The translations under genes were made by a program, and so were the position numbers. Positions 37,837-48,873 of a DNA stretch of 64,000 nucleotides are shown one piece after another (positions within the stretch are counted from its first letter, which is position 1; each line of letters starts with the position of its first letter). The stretch is from positions 17,718 through 81,717 of the forward strand of contig DAHVQG010000013.1 of NCBI GenBank assembly GCA_027317865.1. Reading direction: 5' to 3'. Source of the stretch: Bdellovibrionales bacterium. GTDB lineage: Bacteria > Bdellovibrionota > Bdellovibrionia > Bdellovibrionales > UBA1609. Under the pieces are notes generated by a model, which saw nothing but the letters and a program-made list of their open reading frames with translations, was not told where the DNA came from and did not search any database.

Positions 37837-40089
37837 ATGGGTAGCCAAAGACGATTGCCGGTCAGCGCGCAGGCAAAGCGGAACTCCGTGAGTGCCGTTA
37901 TTTTAATGGTTGTCATTATTATTATCGGCGCTTTCGGCGCGCGCGGGTTGCAAACGAAGTACTCCATTACGCAGTTTTCTCCGGAGTACAATGCTGTGAC
38001 TGATATGGACAGGCGTGTTCGCGCGTATTTTCACCTCAAAAGCTCGCCGACCTTTGTAGGGTTAATCGCATTGCGAGCCAATCAAAAAGGCACATGGTTA
38101 ACGAAAAGCCGCATGAACCGCCTTTCGATTTTGACAAAGAAAATCGAAATACTTGCTGGAGTGAAGCGTGTTCTAAGTTTAGCCAATGTAAATGCGGTTT
38201 CTGAAAAACGCGGCATTTTAGGTGTTGGGCCGCTGATCAAAGTAACACCAAGGCAACGGTGGCGTCAGAGAATCGCCGGCGATGAATTGTTAGACCCCAC
38301 ACTGATTTCAAAAGACTTCCGTACTATTCTTGTCTACGCCCAACTTAAAAATGATGACGTCCACTTGCTTTATAATTTCAATTCCGAATTCAAACAAAAA
38401 TTAATGCATGCTTTTTCGCGCGCGCAAGTCAGCGTGGGTGGCGTACCGGCCGTGCAAATGGAACTCGGTGTGCTACTGAACAAAGAACTCAGAAATTTTC
38501 TACTACTCACTGTGCTTGCGTGCGCGATTACGCTGTTCCTCATTTTTCGCACGATTTCGACGATGTTCATCCCGCTCATTTTTACCGCATTCGGCAACGT
38601 CTTGGCATTTGCGATGATGGCCTGGACAAAACAACCATTCACGATTTTATCAGCTACAATTCCTATATTGATTTTTATTACCGTCGTGTCGTTATCGGTA
38701 CATTTTCTTCTTCGCTTTGTTGAAGACGTTAAAAAGAGCGAGGCTTCGACCCCTCGTTGGGACGTTATTTTGAAAGTAAACAAAGAAATTTGGCTGCCCA
38801 ATCTTTTGGGCGCTCTAACCACGTGTATTGGGTTTTTGACATTATTATGGGTGGATGTACCGCTTATTAGAAGTTACGGTGTCGAAGTGGCCAGTGCGGT
38901 TATGATTTCTTGGTTAGCGACAAGTTTCGGAATTTTGCCGCTTTTGATGTTATTTCCGCATCCGGTACCAAGAAGATGGGTGACACGAAAGGTAAAATGG
39001 CCATTGTGGATAGTTCAACGGGCTAAGCCGATTGCCGCATTCATTGTCACATTATGTGTTGTCCTTATAATGACGGCCCACCACCTTTATTGGACGGCCC
39101 GTCTGTTTAACGATATTCCTAAGGGTGAACCGGCTCGCGTTTCGACCGAGAGAATCGCGCAAGCTGTTGGCGGAGTGATTCCGCTCGATATCGCAGTTAA
39201 GTCTAACGTGAAATCGGCTTGGTCTGACCCGGCAAGGTTGAAAAAGTTAAAAGCACTATTAGCAAAATTGCGTGATACAAATGGCGTCGGTGCTGCGCTG
39301 AGCGTGCCGAACTTCTTTTATGAGCTGGCCGAAATATCAAAGCCAATTTTGCCGATATCGCGTGCCGCCGTTTCGGAGATTTATTTTCTGTATTCAATGT
39401 CTGACCATGATCCGTTAAACCGCTATCTTTCGTCTAATAAAAGAATTGTGCGTATCGCCTTACGCATTCGAGATCTACCTTCAAACGCGGCAAAGGCGCT
39501 GGTGCAAAAATTGAAACGGCAGGTTCAAAACTACTTTCCACACGATCGTGTCGGGACTGGCGGGACAGGTGCAACTGTTCACGTGATTCAAGATTATATT
39601 TCGTCAGAATTGATCGGTGGATTTTGGCAGGCGCTGCTCATCATTGCCATTACGTTGGTTATTATTTTTCGCTCCATTCGGACGATGTTAATCGCGATGT
39701 TACCCAACCTAATGCCGCCGATTTTTCTTCTTGGATATCTTTCGTTGACGCATACTCCGATTAAACCGGGGGTGGCCGTTATTTTTTCGATTGCACTCGG
39801 ATTGGCGTTTAATAATACGGTTTATCTATTGAATCGCTTGCGCGCTTTTAAGGAGTCTAAAGGGATCGTCAGATCCAGCCAAGTGACACAGGCGTTTTGT
39901 TTGGAGAGTAAACCGTGTTTGATTTCTACGGCGATTTTTTTAATAGGGTTCTCGGTATTTCTGTTTTCGTATTTTTCTTTGAATCGAACCTTCGGCCTAT
40001 GTATGATTGTCTCGCTCACCGGAGGCGCTATTGGCGATCTCATATTTCTACCCGCAGTATTGGCATGCCGTAAAAAAATAATATTATAA
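37837..40089 (+). CDS. MMPL/RND family transporter
   Basis: Two repeats of a periplasmic domain plus TM bundle; FLIFRT, TTCIGFLTL, AMLPNL.P, IGDLIFLPA. Confidence 0.88.
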   Translation: MGSQRRLPVSAQAKRNSVSAVILMVVIIIIGAFGARGLQTKYSITQFSPEYNAVTDMDRRVRAYFHLKSSPTFVGLIALRANQKGTWLTKSRMNRLSILTKKIEILAGVKRVLSLANVNAVSEKRGILGVGPLIKVTPRQRWRQRIAGDELLDPTLISKDFRTILVYAQLKNDDVHLLYNFNSEFKQKLMHAFSRAQVSVGGVPAVQMELGVLLNKELRNFLLLTVLACAITLFLIFRTISTMFIPLIFTAFGNVLAFAMMAWTKQPFTILSATIPILIFITVVSLSVHFLLRFVEDVKKSEASTPRWDVILKVNKEIWLPNLLGALTTCIGFLTLLWVDVPLIRSYGVEVASAVMISWLATSFGILPLLMLFPHPVPRRWVTRKVKWPLWIVQRAKPIAAFIVTLCVVLIMTAHHLYWTARLFNDIPKGEPARVSTERIAQAVGGVIPLDIAVKSNVKSAWSDPARLKKLKALLAKLRDTNGVGAALSVPNFFYELAEISKPILPISRAAVSEIYFLYSMSDHDPLNRYLSSNKRIVRIALRIRDLPSNAAKALVQKLKRQVQNYFPHDRVGTGGTGATVHVIQDYISSELIGGFWQALLIIAITLVIIFRSIRTMLIAMLPNLMPPIFLLGYLSLTHTPIKPGVAVIFSIALGLAFNNTVYLLNRLRAFKESKGIVRSSQVTQAFCLESKPCLISTAIFLIGFSVFLFSYFSLNRTFGLCMIVSLTGGAIGDLIFLPAVLACRKKIIL

Positions 40090-40098
40090 GCATAGGGT

Positions 40099-42435
40099 CT
40101 AAAATCTCCAGGCGATTCCGGCGCCCCATTCGTAGTCTGAAGCCCACTCGGCGACGCCAGAAAACGCTTTCGACAGGAGGTATGACATTCGAACTCTACC
40201 GGTCCAGAGTTCGTGTGTGTCGTATTCAGCCTCAAGTGTAAGATTGAGGCGCGGCAAAAGAGTTATGGACTTGTCGAGATAAAATCGCGCCCCGCCGTTT
40301 GAATCAATCCACTCGCGAGATTGAAAATTGAGCGGCAAAAGATAGTCGATACCCGCAACGGCGCGGCCATTACGAGAGGGATATTTGTTGCCACCAAAAA
40401 GGTCAGCGCCAATAAAAGGTGTAAAAAACCGGTTCACATAACGGCCATAGGTAAGAATAGATTCCCATTCGGTCGACCGAACGTTATCCCAGCCGGATTC
40501 CCACTGCGCAGTGAGAATGTTTCGTGTGCTTGATGTGGTTAAATAGCCGTCGGACAATTGACTCAAAAAATTCGCTTGGCCCCACGCATACCATGGGTCA
40601 CGGTACAACTTTGGCCGTATGGCTTTAAGTGTCGCGCTGGGGTGAAAGCCTTCGTAGTGAACCACTCGCGCCATGCCGCTCGCCATATGGTAAAGGAAAT
40701 GACAGTGAAAAAACCAGTCGCCCATTGCATCAGCTTTAAATTCAATGACGACCGTCGACATCGGTGGCACGTCAACCGTATGTTTCAGTGGCGCGTAGAC
40801 CCCCTGACCGTTTATAACTCTGAAGAAATGCCCGTGAAGGTGCATCGGGTGATGCATCATGGTTCGATTAATCAAAATAAAACGGGCCACATAACCTTTT
40901 TTTATTCTAATCTCGTTGTTTGCCGATAGCCGATGACTATTCAAGAGCCAAACGTAGCGCTTCATATCGCCGTCGAGCGTGAGACGAAAAGTTTGTACCG
41001 GAACCTTTTTCGAAAATGCAGTGGGATGAACGGCGCGAAGTTTATTATACGGCGACCATGGCCGTCGTGGGTCCATACCGTCTACGGCAAGATTTTTTCG
41101 CGAAGATATATCGGTAGCCAGGGGCCAGAAATCGTAAGCGTATTTTTTGGCGTCTTGGGGGTAAGAAACTTGCACGTTTGACTTAGATATTTCGTGTTTA
41201 GGCGACTTTGGCTTCATAGCGCCGGTGGGCATGGACATGCCTGACATCGACGTCATTGACGTCATTGACGTTTTCATCATCTTCATGCCGGCGCCCATAA
41301 TGTGAGGCTTGTCGAATATCCCCGCTTCGACGCGCGAATCGGACATCCCCATCGTCCCTTGCGGAGTGAGTGCAAAAACTCGCCGCCAAGTGAGTTTGCC
41401 CATGGTGGCATAAAGATTTGGCCATGGGATTGCGGGCGCAGCATGCGGCTGGCCATGGCCAACCCAAATAGAAGCAAAACCTGAACCGTCTTCGGCCGTG
41501 GCGCGAAGTTCGTAAGAACCGCGTTGTGGAACATGAATCAAAACATCATACGTCTCGCCCACAGCAATCAATAGCCGCTTCTGTAGAAACGGCTGAACTC
41601 TTTGCCCGTCCGCCGCAATAATTTTCATTGGCCCGCCGGCATATTGTAAATAAAAATAGGTCATCGAGGCCGCATTCACAAAGCGTAAGCGTATCCAGTG
41701 ACCGCGCAGAGATTGCCTGTGCGGGGCCAAAATATGCACCGTCGTTTTGCCGTTGGCTAAAAAATAATCGTAAGCAACATCGGAAATATCCATCGGCGGC
41801 ATCCGCAAAAGTTCGCGCTTGAAGTAATCTTCGAGACGGCCGGCGCGAATAGCTCCGATCAAACTTTGTGCTGTGCCTTTTTCGATTGAATACCAGTCGA
41901 GCCCGCGTTTGAGGGTGTTTAGAATTTCGCTCGGCCTCTCGGTCGTCCAATCTGTAAGAACAACGGGCTCATCAAGAATGTTCTTACGTTTGTGATTTTT
42001 TTTTGTGATGACAATTGCGCCGACGATTCCGCGTTGTTCTTGAAGGCCGAAATGAGAGTGATACCAGTACGTGCCGCTTTGGCGAATCGGGAATTTATAC
42101 GTATAACTTTGATGCGGCGGAATAGGTGCGCCCGTGAGGTACGGAACCCCATCCATCTGATTTGGAACCAAAATTCCGTGCCAATGTAGCGATGTCGGAA
42201 CATCAAGCTCGTTGCACACGTGAATGACAGCCTCATCGCCTTCGACAAATCGGAGGACCGGCCCGGGGCTCGTGCCGTTAATTGTGAAATCAGTCGCCGA
42301 TTTGTTTCCGATTTGAACCCGCTTTTTTGCAATTGTTAAATTATATGAAACCGTTTTCGCATTCGCGATGCCGACGAAGAATAGAGCGGCGACGGCAAAC
42401 ATGCTGAAGGTGAATCTGTTTTGATTAATTGTCAT
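40099..42435 (-). CDS. Multicopper oxidase (CopA type) fused to C-terminal outer-membrane barrel (CopB-like)
   Basis: HWHG, WYHSH, HPMHLHGH, HCHFLYHM copper motifs; Met-rich insert; C-terminal aromatic beta strands ending WRF. Confidence 0.9.
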   Translation of the reverse strand: MTINQNRFTFSMFAVAALFFVGIANAKTVSYNLTIAKKRVQIGNKSATDFTINGTSPGPVLRFVEGDEAVIHVCNELDVPTSLHWHGILVPNQMDGVPYLTGAPIPPHQSYTYKFPIRQSGTYWYHSHFGLQEQRGIVGAIVITKKNHKRKNILDEPVVLTDWTTERPSEILNTLKRGLDWYSIEKGTAQSLIGAIRAGRLEDYFKRELLRMPPMDISDVAYDYFLANGKTTVHILAPHRQSLRGHWIRLRFVNAASMTYFYLQYAGGPMKIIAADGQRVQPFLQKRLLIAVGETYDVLIHVPQRGSYELRATAEDGSGFASIWVGHGQPHAAPAIPWPNLYATMGKLTWRRVFALTPQGTMGMSDSRVEAGIFDKPHIMGAGMKMMKTSMTSMTSMSGMSMPTGAMKPKSPKHEISKSNVQVSYPQDAKKYAYDFWPLATDISSRKNLAVDGMDPRRPWSPYNKLRAVHPTAFSKKVPVQTFRLTLDGDMKRYVWLLNSHRLSANNEIRIKKGYVARFILINRTMMHHPMHLHGHFFRVINGQGVYAPLKHTVDVPPMSTVVIEFKADAMGDWFFHCHFLYHMASGMARVVHYEGFHPSATLKAIRPKLYRDPWYAWGQANFLSQLSDGYLTTSSTRNILTAQWESGWDNVRSTEWESILTYGRYVNRFFTPFIGADLFGGNKYPSRNGRAVAGIDYLLPLNFQSREWIDSNGGARFYLDKSITLLPRLNLTLEAEYDTHELWTGRVRMSYLLSKAFSGVAEWASDYEWGAGIAWRF

Positions 42436-42447
42436 TATGTCGAACGC

Positions 42448-42870
42448 CTACATTGAGCTGTAAGTTTGTGAACCGCCAAGATGGCCCTGCACAATGAGTG
42501 CTAAAACAAAAATGATAGCGATGGCAATATAAAAAGAATTCACAAATTTCTGCTGACGGTGCAATCGATGTCTTGAATAAAATAAACCAAATAACAAAAT
42601 AGCTAAACTCGTTCCTAGCCATTTGTGAATCGTCATGCCGAGTACCCCGTTGTCGTCTTTCATCCAGAATAACCAACCCGCAGCGGCGGTAAACGGCGTC
42701 ACCACCGTTGCGCATAATAACGCCCACCAGCCGGTCTCGCGCAGAAAAATATTTTTCTTATATTTCGCCAAACAGTCGCTAAAAACTGAAAACGGTATGA
42801 GTGCGGCGGTGAAATTAACCAATATCGGGTGCAATTTCGTCGCGTTAACGAATTGTCGCAATATCTCCAT
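42448..42870 (-). CDS. DUF2231 family membrane protein
   Basis: LHPILVNF, TAAAGW, HKWLG, QGHLGG; four TM segments. Confidence 0.8.
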   Translation of the reverse strand: MEILRQFVNATKLHPILVNFTAALIPFSVFSDCLAKYKKNIFLRETGWWALLCATVVTPFTAAAGWLFWMKDDNGVLGMTIHKWLGTSLAILLFGLFYSRHRLHRQQKFVNSFYIAIAIIFVLALIVQGHLGGSQTYSSM

Positions 42871-42950
42871 CGATGACTCCTTGAGTTCACCTTAGAGGAT
42901 AAATGAATGATCTGGCGTCGTCAATAAAATGATTAATTTATGCGAAGTCG

Positions 42951-44177
42951 TCAGTCGCGACGGCTGGCTTGTGCCTGCCAACGGCGCCACTCCTCGATCT
43001 TTTTTTGAATTGTGACGGGGTTGTCACCGGCTACAATGACCGGGCCATGAGGGTTGCGGACAAGAAGCGTTTCGGTCACGGCGTTTAAGAAAGTTGGATT
43101 TTTAGAATTGTCCAGAGCGTGAACTAATAAAAACATATTTTGTAGCGAAGGTTGCTCGCGTAAACGTGCGATAATTTCAGTTTGCAATTCAAACGGCTCG
43201 TTCGGGCGATCTAAGATTTGGGATAAAATCGGACGTAGCGCTGGTAGCGCCTCCTCGGGCAGGCTGTTGAGTGCGGTTACCCGTGTGGCGACGCTTGCTC
43301 GCGAGTTTTCTACAATTTTTAAGCTTGAATTGTAAGGACTCAACCAGTTCGAAGCATCCATGTCTGAGCCAAATGCCCCAAACTGTTCCGAGGCTACAAA
43401 CCATGGGGAGTGCGGATACTGTACGCCCCAAGTATCGTTGGCCACTTTTTCAAATATGTATTGGCCGTGCGGCGTATTTACAACAAATTTAGTGTCTTTT
43501 CGGCCAGCGGCCAAGGCGATTCGAAATGCAACCGGAAACTGCTTCAGGCTATTGATGAAATTTGAAAAATAACTCCAGTTGACGTTGAAATTCGGTTTTT
43601 GGCTTTGCCAACCGTCAATCAGTTCATTTGCGTTGTTATCATTTGTCTTGTTAAATGCCGCAATTGTTTTGCCGTGAGCTATAACTGAAAATCGGTTACC
43701 TAAATAGATAGAAAGAGATTCGTTTTGCGACGTGAACCATTTGCGGCTGAGTGGAAGTGAGTAAAGGCCTTCACCGGTGACGTGTACACAATATTTACCG
43801 TTCGAAACTAATCGCCGCGCAAAGTAAACAAATCGTTTGGTCGGAAACGGCTCAGCCAAGTTTTTATCCGGTTGCCGGATGATCGTGAGGTCGGGGTATT
43901 TGGGGAGCGGTCCGCAGTCTTCGGCGAGGTTCGAACGAAATAGCGGCAATACATAAATGAACGGACGACTTGACGCGACTCGACCGTTGAACAGAACTTT
44001 GCCGTCGGTGACATTTACCGAGAAGTGATCATATCGAGACAAAAAGTCATATTGTACAGCTTGCGCCCGTCGCGAGGCGAAAACGAGGCACGTCGTTACG
44101 ATGCAACTCGACGTAAGAACAGCCGAGCGAACCATCGGACCAAGAGTGAACTTTTTTGCGTTCTCATATTGGTTCAT
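42951..44177 (-). CDS. Exported hypothetical protein with C-terminal HEAT-like helices
   Basis: Signal-peptide-like segment ending AQA; helical C-terminus (RVTALNSL...LLVHALDN). Confidence 0.55.
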   Translation of the reverse strand: MNQYENAKKFTLGPMVRSAVLTSSCIVTTCLVFASRRAQAVQYDFLSRYDHFSVNVTDGKVLFNGRVASSRPFIYVLPLFRSNLAEDCGPLPKYPDLTIIRQPDKNLAEPFPTKRFVYFARRLVSNGKYCVHVTGEGLYSLPLSRKWFTSQNESLSIYLGNRFSVIAHGKTIAAFNKTNDNNANELIDGWQSQKPNFNVNWSYFSNFINSLKQFPVAFRIALAAGRKDTKFVVNTPHGQYIFEKVANDTWGVQYPHSPWFVASEQFGAFGSDMDASNWLSPYNSSLKIVENSRASVATRVTALNSLPEEALPALRPILSQILDRPNEPFELQTEIIARLREQPSLQNMFLLVHALDNSKNPTFLNAVTETLLVRNPHGPVIVAGDNPVTIQKKIEEWRRWQAQASRRD

Positions 44178-44327
44178 ATTCTCATTCTGGCACGAGTCGA
44201 GCCGAACTCAAAATGAGTCTAAAAAAACGTGCCAAAAACGCCTCAAAATGAGAAAGTGTCAATTGGTTAGACGCCTTCACGCCGTTGGCTTCGGGCACCA
44301 AGCCAGATTTATGACAAAGGAGCATCT

Positions 44328-46838
44328 ATGGGCAACTTCATTGAATCCCTTCACCAATTTTTAACTACACCGCCGACCGCAGTGCTTGTTCTTTGCTTGA
44401 TCGTCGCAGCACTTTTACTGGGCTACTTTGGCGCGCCGTTATTTTTATGGGGTATTGTCGCACTTCTAGTGATGCTCGGGCTGCATGCGCCGTTTTGGTC
44501 GCTCGGTGCGGTGATCGCCGTTGTTGTCGTTTTTTCGCTCCCGCCGATTCGTCAAATTTTATTTAGCTCATGGATCATGAGTTTTATGAAGGGCATATTG
44601 CCTAAAATCTCCGAAACTGAGCGCACAGCGCTTGAAGCCGGTGTGGTTTGGATGGAAGCCGAGCTGTTCTCCGGTCGGCCTAATTTTAAAAAACTGATGT
44701 CGCAACCGTACCCAAAATTGAGCGCCGACGAAAAAGCGTTTCTCGACGGGCCGGTTGAAGAATTGTGCAAAATGATTAACGAGTGGCACATCTATAAAAC
44801 GCGAGATATTCCCGAACCGGCCTATCGGTTTATGAAAGAAAAAGGCTTTTTGGGGATGATCATTCCCAAAGAATACGGCGGGCTTGGATTTTCAGCTTAC
44901 GCGCATTCCGAAGTGGTCATGAAAATTTCGAGCCGCTCGGTCGCAACGGCTGTGACGGTGATGGTGCCGAACTCGTTGGGGCCCGCTGAACTGCTTATTC
45001 ATTACGGTACGGACGCACAGAAAAAATACTGGCTGCCGCGACTTGCGCGAGGCGAAGATATTCCGTGTTTCGGTTTAACTGAACCGCAGGCGGGGAGTGA
45101 CGCCGGTTCGATCGTTTCAGAAGGTGTTCTCGAAAAAGGTAAAGACGGTGAAATTTATGTAAGGCTTTCGTGGAACAAACGCTGGATCACGCTCGCGGCG
45201 ATTTCGTCAGTAATCGGTTTAGCGTTTCGGTTGCGCGATCCTGAGAATTTGCTTGGCCGCGGGCCTGATCTAGGCATTACGTGCGGATTGATACCGGCGA
45301 AAACTCCGGGAGTGGTGTTGGGCCGCCGGCACGACCCGCTCAGTATCCCGTTCTACAATTGTCCTACGCAGGGTAAAAATGTTGTGCTGAAAGCCAATGA
45401 CGCCATAATCGGCGGTCTTGAACGCGCCGGTCACGGCTGGCAAATGTTGATGGAGTCGCTTGCTGCGGGTCGCGGGATTTCGCTCCCGGCGCAAAGTGCG
45501 GCGGGGGTAAAATTGACGACGCGTGCGGCATCGGCTCATGCGACGATTCGAAAGCAATTTGGCGTCTCGATCAGTAAGTTTGAAGGCGTTGAAGAACCGT
45601 TGGCGCGGATTGGTGCGACGACCTATTACGTCGATGCCATGCGCCTCTATACACTCAGCGCGCTCGATCAAGGTGTAAAACCGCCGATTGTGACCGCGAT
45701 GACCAAATATCTGACGACCGAACAAAGTCGTAAATGTGTCACTGACGGAATGGATGTCATGGGCGGCGCCGGTATAACATTGGGCCCTCGAAACAGTTTA
45801 GCCATTCAGTATATTGGCGCGCCGATCGGCATTACGGTTGAAGGTGCCAACATTCTTACCCGGACGTTGATGATTTTTGGCCAAGGTGCCATGCGCGCCC
45901 ATCCGTTTGCGTACAAAGAAATTAACGCTGTTGAGCGCGGTGATCTACGCGGATTTGATCGGGCTTTTTGGGGTCACATCGGACACATCGCTCGCAACAA
46001 ATGCCGTTCGATCGTACTGAGCGTCACACGTGCGCGGTTTGCTAGCCGTGGATTAGGCGGTCCAGTCGGTCGGTATTATCAAAAGTTGTCTTGGTCGTCG
46101 GCGACCTTTGCGTTCTTTGCCGATCTTGCGATGGGGCTTCTCGGCGGCCAGCTTAAATTCAAAGAAAAAATCACGGGTCGGTTTGCCGATATTATGTGCT
46201 GGATGTATGTGGCCACCGGTGTACTTCGTAAGTGGGAAGCCGAAGGTCGCCAAAAAAGCGATCTCCCTTTTGTGCGCTATTCAATGGCGCTCGCGTTTAG
46301 CGAAATTCAAAAGGGATTCGACGGCATTCTTTCAAACTTCGATGTTCCGGTTTTGGGTTGGTTTTTTAGAAGACCGCTGCTTTTTTGGTCGCGTCTCAAT
46401 ACTATCGCGAGCCCGCCAAAAGACAAAATCGGGCATCAAGTTGTGACGGCGATGGTGAGTGACGATGCCGTACGCGAGCGTCTAACCCGCGGCATGTTTC
46501 TGCCAACCGACGTTACTGATGCGATCGGGCGACTCGATCACGCTTTTCATATCATAAAAAAATCCGAAGCCGTCGAACACAAAGTTCGTCGTGCTGTTCA
46601 TGAAAAACGAATCGCAAAACTTAAGGGTGCGGCGCTGATCGAAGAAGCTTTGGCGAAGGGGATTATCACTCCAGAAGAAAAAGCGGATTTGCAAAAGGCC
46701 GAAGAAGCCCGGTGGGATGCAATTCAAGTGGATGATTTTTCTGAAACGGAATTTCACTCGCATGAAGTCGGCCGGATGCCGAATTCGCAGGGAGCCGCAA
46801 GCCCTAATCGCGAACTTAAATCAGAGGGTGTCAGTTAA
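44328..46838 (+). CDS. fadE: Acyl-CoA dehydrogenase FadE (long form)
   Basis: ISETERTALEAG, PNSLGPAELL, PCFGLTEPQAGSDAG, KRWITLA, ITVEGANILTR, AIQVDDF; SD AAGGAG. Confidence 0.95.
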   Translation: MGNFIESLHQFLTTPPTAVLVLCLIVAALLLGYFGAPLFLWGIVALLVMLGLHAPFWSLGAVIAVVVVFSLPPIRQILFSSWIMSFMKGILPKISETERTALEAGVVWMEAELFSGRPNFKKLMSQPYPKLSADEKAFLDGPVEELCKMINEWHIYKTRDIPEPAYRFMKEKGFLGMIIPKEYGGLGFSAYAHSEVVMKISSRSVATAVTVMVPNSLGPAELLIHYGTDAQKKYWLPRLARGEDIPCFGLTEPQAGSDAGSIVSEGVLEKGKDGEIYVRLSWNKRWITLAAISSVIGLAFRLRDPENLLGRGPDLGITCGLIPAKTPGVVLGRRHDPLSIPFYNCPTQGKNVVLKANDAIIGGLERAGHGWQMLMESLAAGRGISLPAQSAAGVKLTTRAASAHATIRKQFGVSISKFEGVEEPLARIGATTYYVDAMRLYTLSALDQGVKPPIVTAMTKYLTTEQSRKCVTDGMDVMGGAGITLGPRNSLAIQYIGAPIGITVEGANILTRTLMIFGQGAMRAHPFAYKEINAVERGDLRGFDRAFWGHIGHIARNKCRSIVLSVTRARFASRGLGGPVGRYYQKLSWSSATFAFFADLAMGLLGGQLKFKEKITGRFADIMCWMYVATGVLRKWEAEGRQKSDLPFVRYSMALAFSEIQKGFDGILSNFDVPVLGWFFRRPLLFWSRLNTIASPPKDKIGHQVVTAMVSDDAVRERLTRGMFLPTDVTDAIGRLDHAFHIIKKSEAVEHKVRRAVHEKRIAKLKGAALIEEALAKGIITPEEKADLQKAEEARWDAIQVDDFSETEFHSHEVGRMPNSQGAASPNRELKSEGVS

Positions 46839-48565
46839 TGCCGACTTCCGCCGCCTCTAACGTAGCCGGTGCGAACTCTGAAGTTCGAAATGCGCTTGGC
46901 GAAGTGCTGAATCGGCATGGTTTTTTAAATGGACTACCTGAAACGCTGACCTCTGAATTGGCAGGTGCTGCACAATTTCGCACGGTTGCTCCCGAAGAAG
47001 TGATTCTTCGACAGGGCGAAGTTAACAACAACCTTTATTTTTTACTCATTGGTTCGGTCGATATTTATGTCGACGGCGGGCTTGTTGCAACGCTCAAGCG
47101 GCGCGGGGATTTACTCGGCGAAATGAGTGTCATCACAAACAAGCCGTGTTCGGCCTCTATAGTGGCCAAAACTCCGGTTGAACTATTGTGTGTCGATTTA
47201 AACGAATTTAGAAAAGTGACGGGAGAAGGCGCGGCGACGTTTGATTACGTCATGTACCGCGTTTATTCGCTCATGCTCGCCGATAAATTGGCGCTTACTA
47301 ACGAAAAAGCCAAACGGCTTGAAGAAACGCTTGTCGATTTACAGCGCGCGAAAACGGAACTGCAAGAAATAAACAAACAAATAGAGCGAAAAGTGAGCGA
47401 GCGCACGAAACTGGTTCAAGCCCAGCTTCAATTATTGCTCAACACCCATCTTCGGGGCCTACGCGACTCCCTTGCGAAAAACACGGCGGGTGGAGCGATT
47501 GATTTGAAGCAAAATATAAATTATATCGACGAAGCGACAAAAATTCTTGAACCTATCGTGCAGACCTTTGCGCTCGACGTGTCGATGAAAACAAAAAAAG
47601 TTTTGCTGGCTCAAGGGCAAAAGCAATTGCAAACTTTGGCGCGGTTGGCACTCGGCGGAACTGGCGCGCAAATTCAGACGAGTTCGTCGCTTGATCAGAG
47701 CCGCGAACTTTTGAAATCTTCTAAGTTTGACGTCGTTTTGGTTGATCGAGAAGCTTTACCGCTACTCGAAGAAGAACTAAACGGTTCCGAATTCAAAATA
47801 TCAGCGCCGGTCGGCAGCGACAAAGGGGTGACTGGACACAATTTTGTTTATTTGGCCGGTGAATCCATAGAAGAACAACTTCCGTATCTTTTGAAATTGC
47901 GCCGTCTACCTCATATCGTACTTTTGCGAGACGGTGACCGCGCGGGCAGTATTCGCTCGATGATGACGACGATTCTCAAGCTTTGCAGCCCGACATTGTT
48001 TGGGCTCGAAAAATATCTGAACGTCGGAGTTGAAGTGAAAGAACTTCCGGTCACTAAAAGCACCGAACGTGAGGCGTTGAACCAAACCATGCGCGATCAT
48101 TTTTCAAAACTTGGCGTTCGCAATTCCATACTTGATAATGTCGCTATTGTGGCTGAAGAACTGCTGATGAATGCCATTTATGACGCTCCCACTGATATTT
48201 CAGGGCGGCCTTTGTACAATAAACTACCGCGGACCACTCCGGTTGAACTAAAAGCGGGTGAACAGGGGCGATTTCGAATGGCAACGGACGGAACTCTGCT
48301 TGGAATATCGGTTGAAGATCCCTTCGGTGCGCTTACGGGCAAAGTAATTCTAAATTACCTCGACAGTTGTTACGGCGGTCGAGCGGGTGAAATGCAAGAG
48401 GGTAAAGGCGGTGCTGGCCGTGGGATTCACCAGATTGTCGAGAATTCAGATTTTGTCGTATTTAATGTACAACCGCGCCGCCGAACAGAGGCCATGGCGT
48501 TTTTTGACGTCGTTCCGGGTTCGAAGGAGCAGAAACTGCCGCTCCTGCACTATTTTTGCGTATAA
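46838..48565 (+). CDS. cNMP-binding domain protein with degenerate REC and anti-sigma-type HATPase domain
   Basis: GDLLGEMS...CSASIVA cNMP box; coiled coil; [23 protein letters not shown] motifs; TAATG overlap with fadE. Confidence 0.75.
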   Translation: MPTSAASNVAGANSEVRNALGEVLNRHGFLNGLPETLTSELAGAAQFRTVAPEEVILRQGEVNNNLYFLLIGSVDIYVDGGLVATLKRRGDLLGEMSVITNKPCSASIVAKTPVELLCVDLNEFRKVTGEGAATFDYVMYRVYSLMLADKLALTNEKAKRLEETLVDLQRAKTELQEINKQIERKVSERTKLVQAQLQLLLNTHLRGLRDSLAKNTAGGAIDLKQNINYIDEATKILEPIVQTFALDVSMKTKKVLLAQGQKQLQTLARLALGGTGAQIQTSSSLDQSRELLKSSKFDVVLVDREALPLLEEELNGSEFKISAPVGSDKGVTGHNFVYLAGESIEEQLPYLLKLRRLPHIVLLRDGDRAGSIRSMMTTILKLCSPTLFGLEKYLNVGVEVKELPVTKSTEREALNQTMRDHFSKLGVRNSILDNVAIVAEELLMNAIYDAPTDISGRPLYNKLPRTTPVELKAGEQGRFRMATDGTLLGISVEDPFGALTGKVILNYLDSCYGGRAGEMQEGKGGAGRGIHQIVENSDFVVFNVQPRRRTEAMAFFDVVPGSKEQKLPLLHYFCV

Positions 48566-48624
48566 ACCGTTTGCGCGGACGCCTGATCAGTGTTAAAAAA
48601 TCGGTCTTATTATACGGAGTGCCT

Positions 48625-48873
48625 ATGAAAAAAGACATTCATCCCGATTTTCGTCCTGTTGTATTTAAGGATATCTCGTGCGATTACACGTACTTAACAA
48701 AGTCGACGGCGAAAACTCGCGAAACAATTAAATGGGAAGACGGCAAAGAGTACCCACTTGTAAAATTTGAGGTTTCAAGCGCGTCGCATCCGTTTTACAC
48801 CGGCAAACACCGTATTGTAGATACCGAAGGTCGCGCTGAACGGTTCAAGAAAAAGTACAATCGCAAATCTTAA
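48625..48873 (+). CDS. rpmE2: 50S ribosomal protein L31 type B
   Basis: MKKDIHP...VVFKD...WEDGKEYPL...[10 protein letters not shown]...DTEGR; lacks the four-Cys zinc site. Confidence 0.95.
   Translation: MKKDIHPDFRPVVFKDISCDYTYLTKSTAKTRETIKWEDGKEYPLVKFEVSSASHPFYTGKHRIVDTEGRAERFKKKYNRKS

Noticed and set aside
44187-44203. Sigma54-like CTGGCACGAGTCGAGCC upstream of fadE
   Set aside because: GG/GC spacing fits, but the -12 element lacks TT and there is no other support.
48566-48624. Zur box upstream of the zinc-free L31 gene
   Set aside because: No match to the palindrome found at 35626-35642 was seen; this may simply be the only L31 gene.
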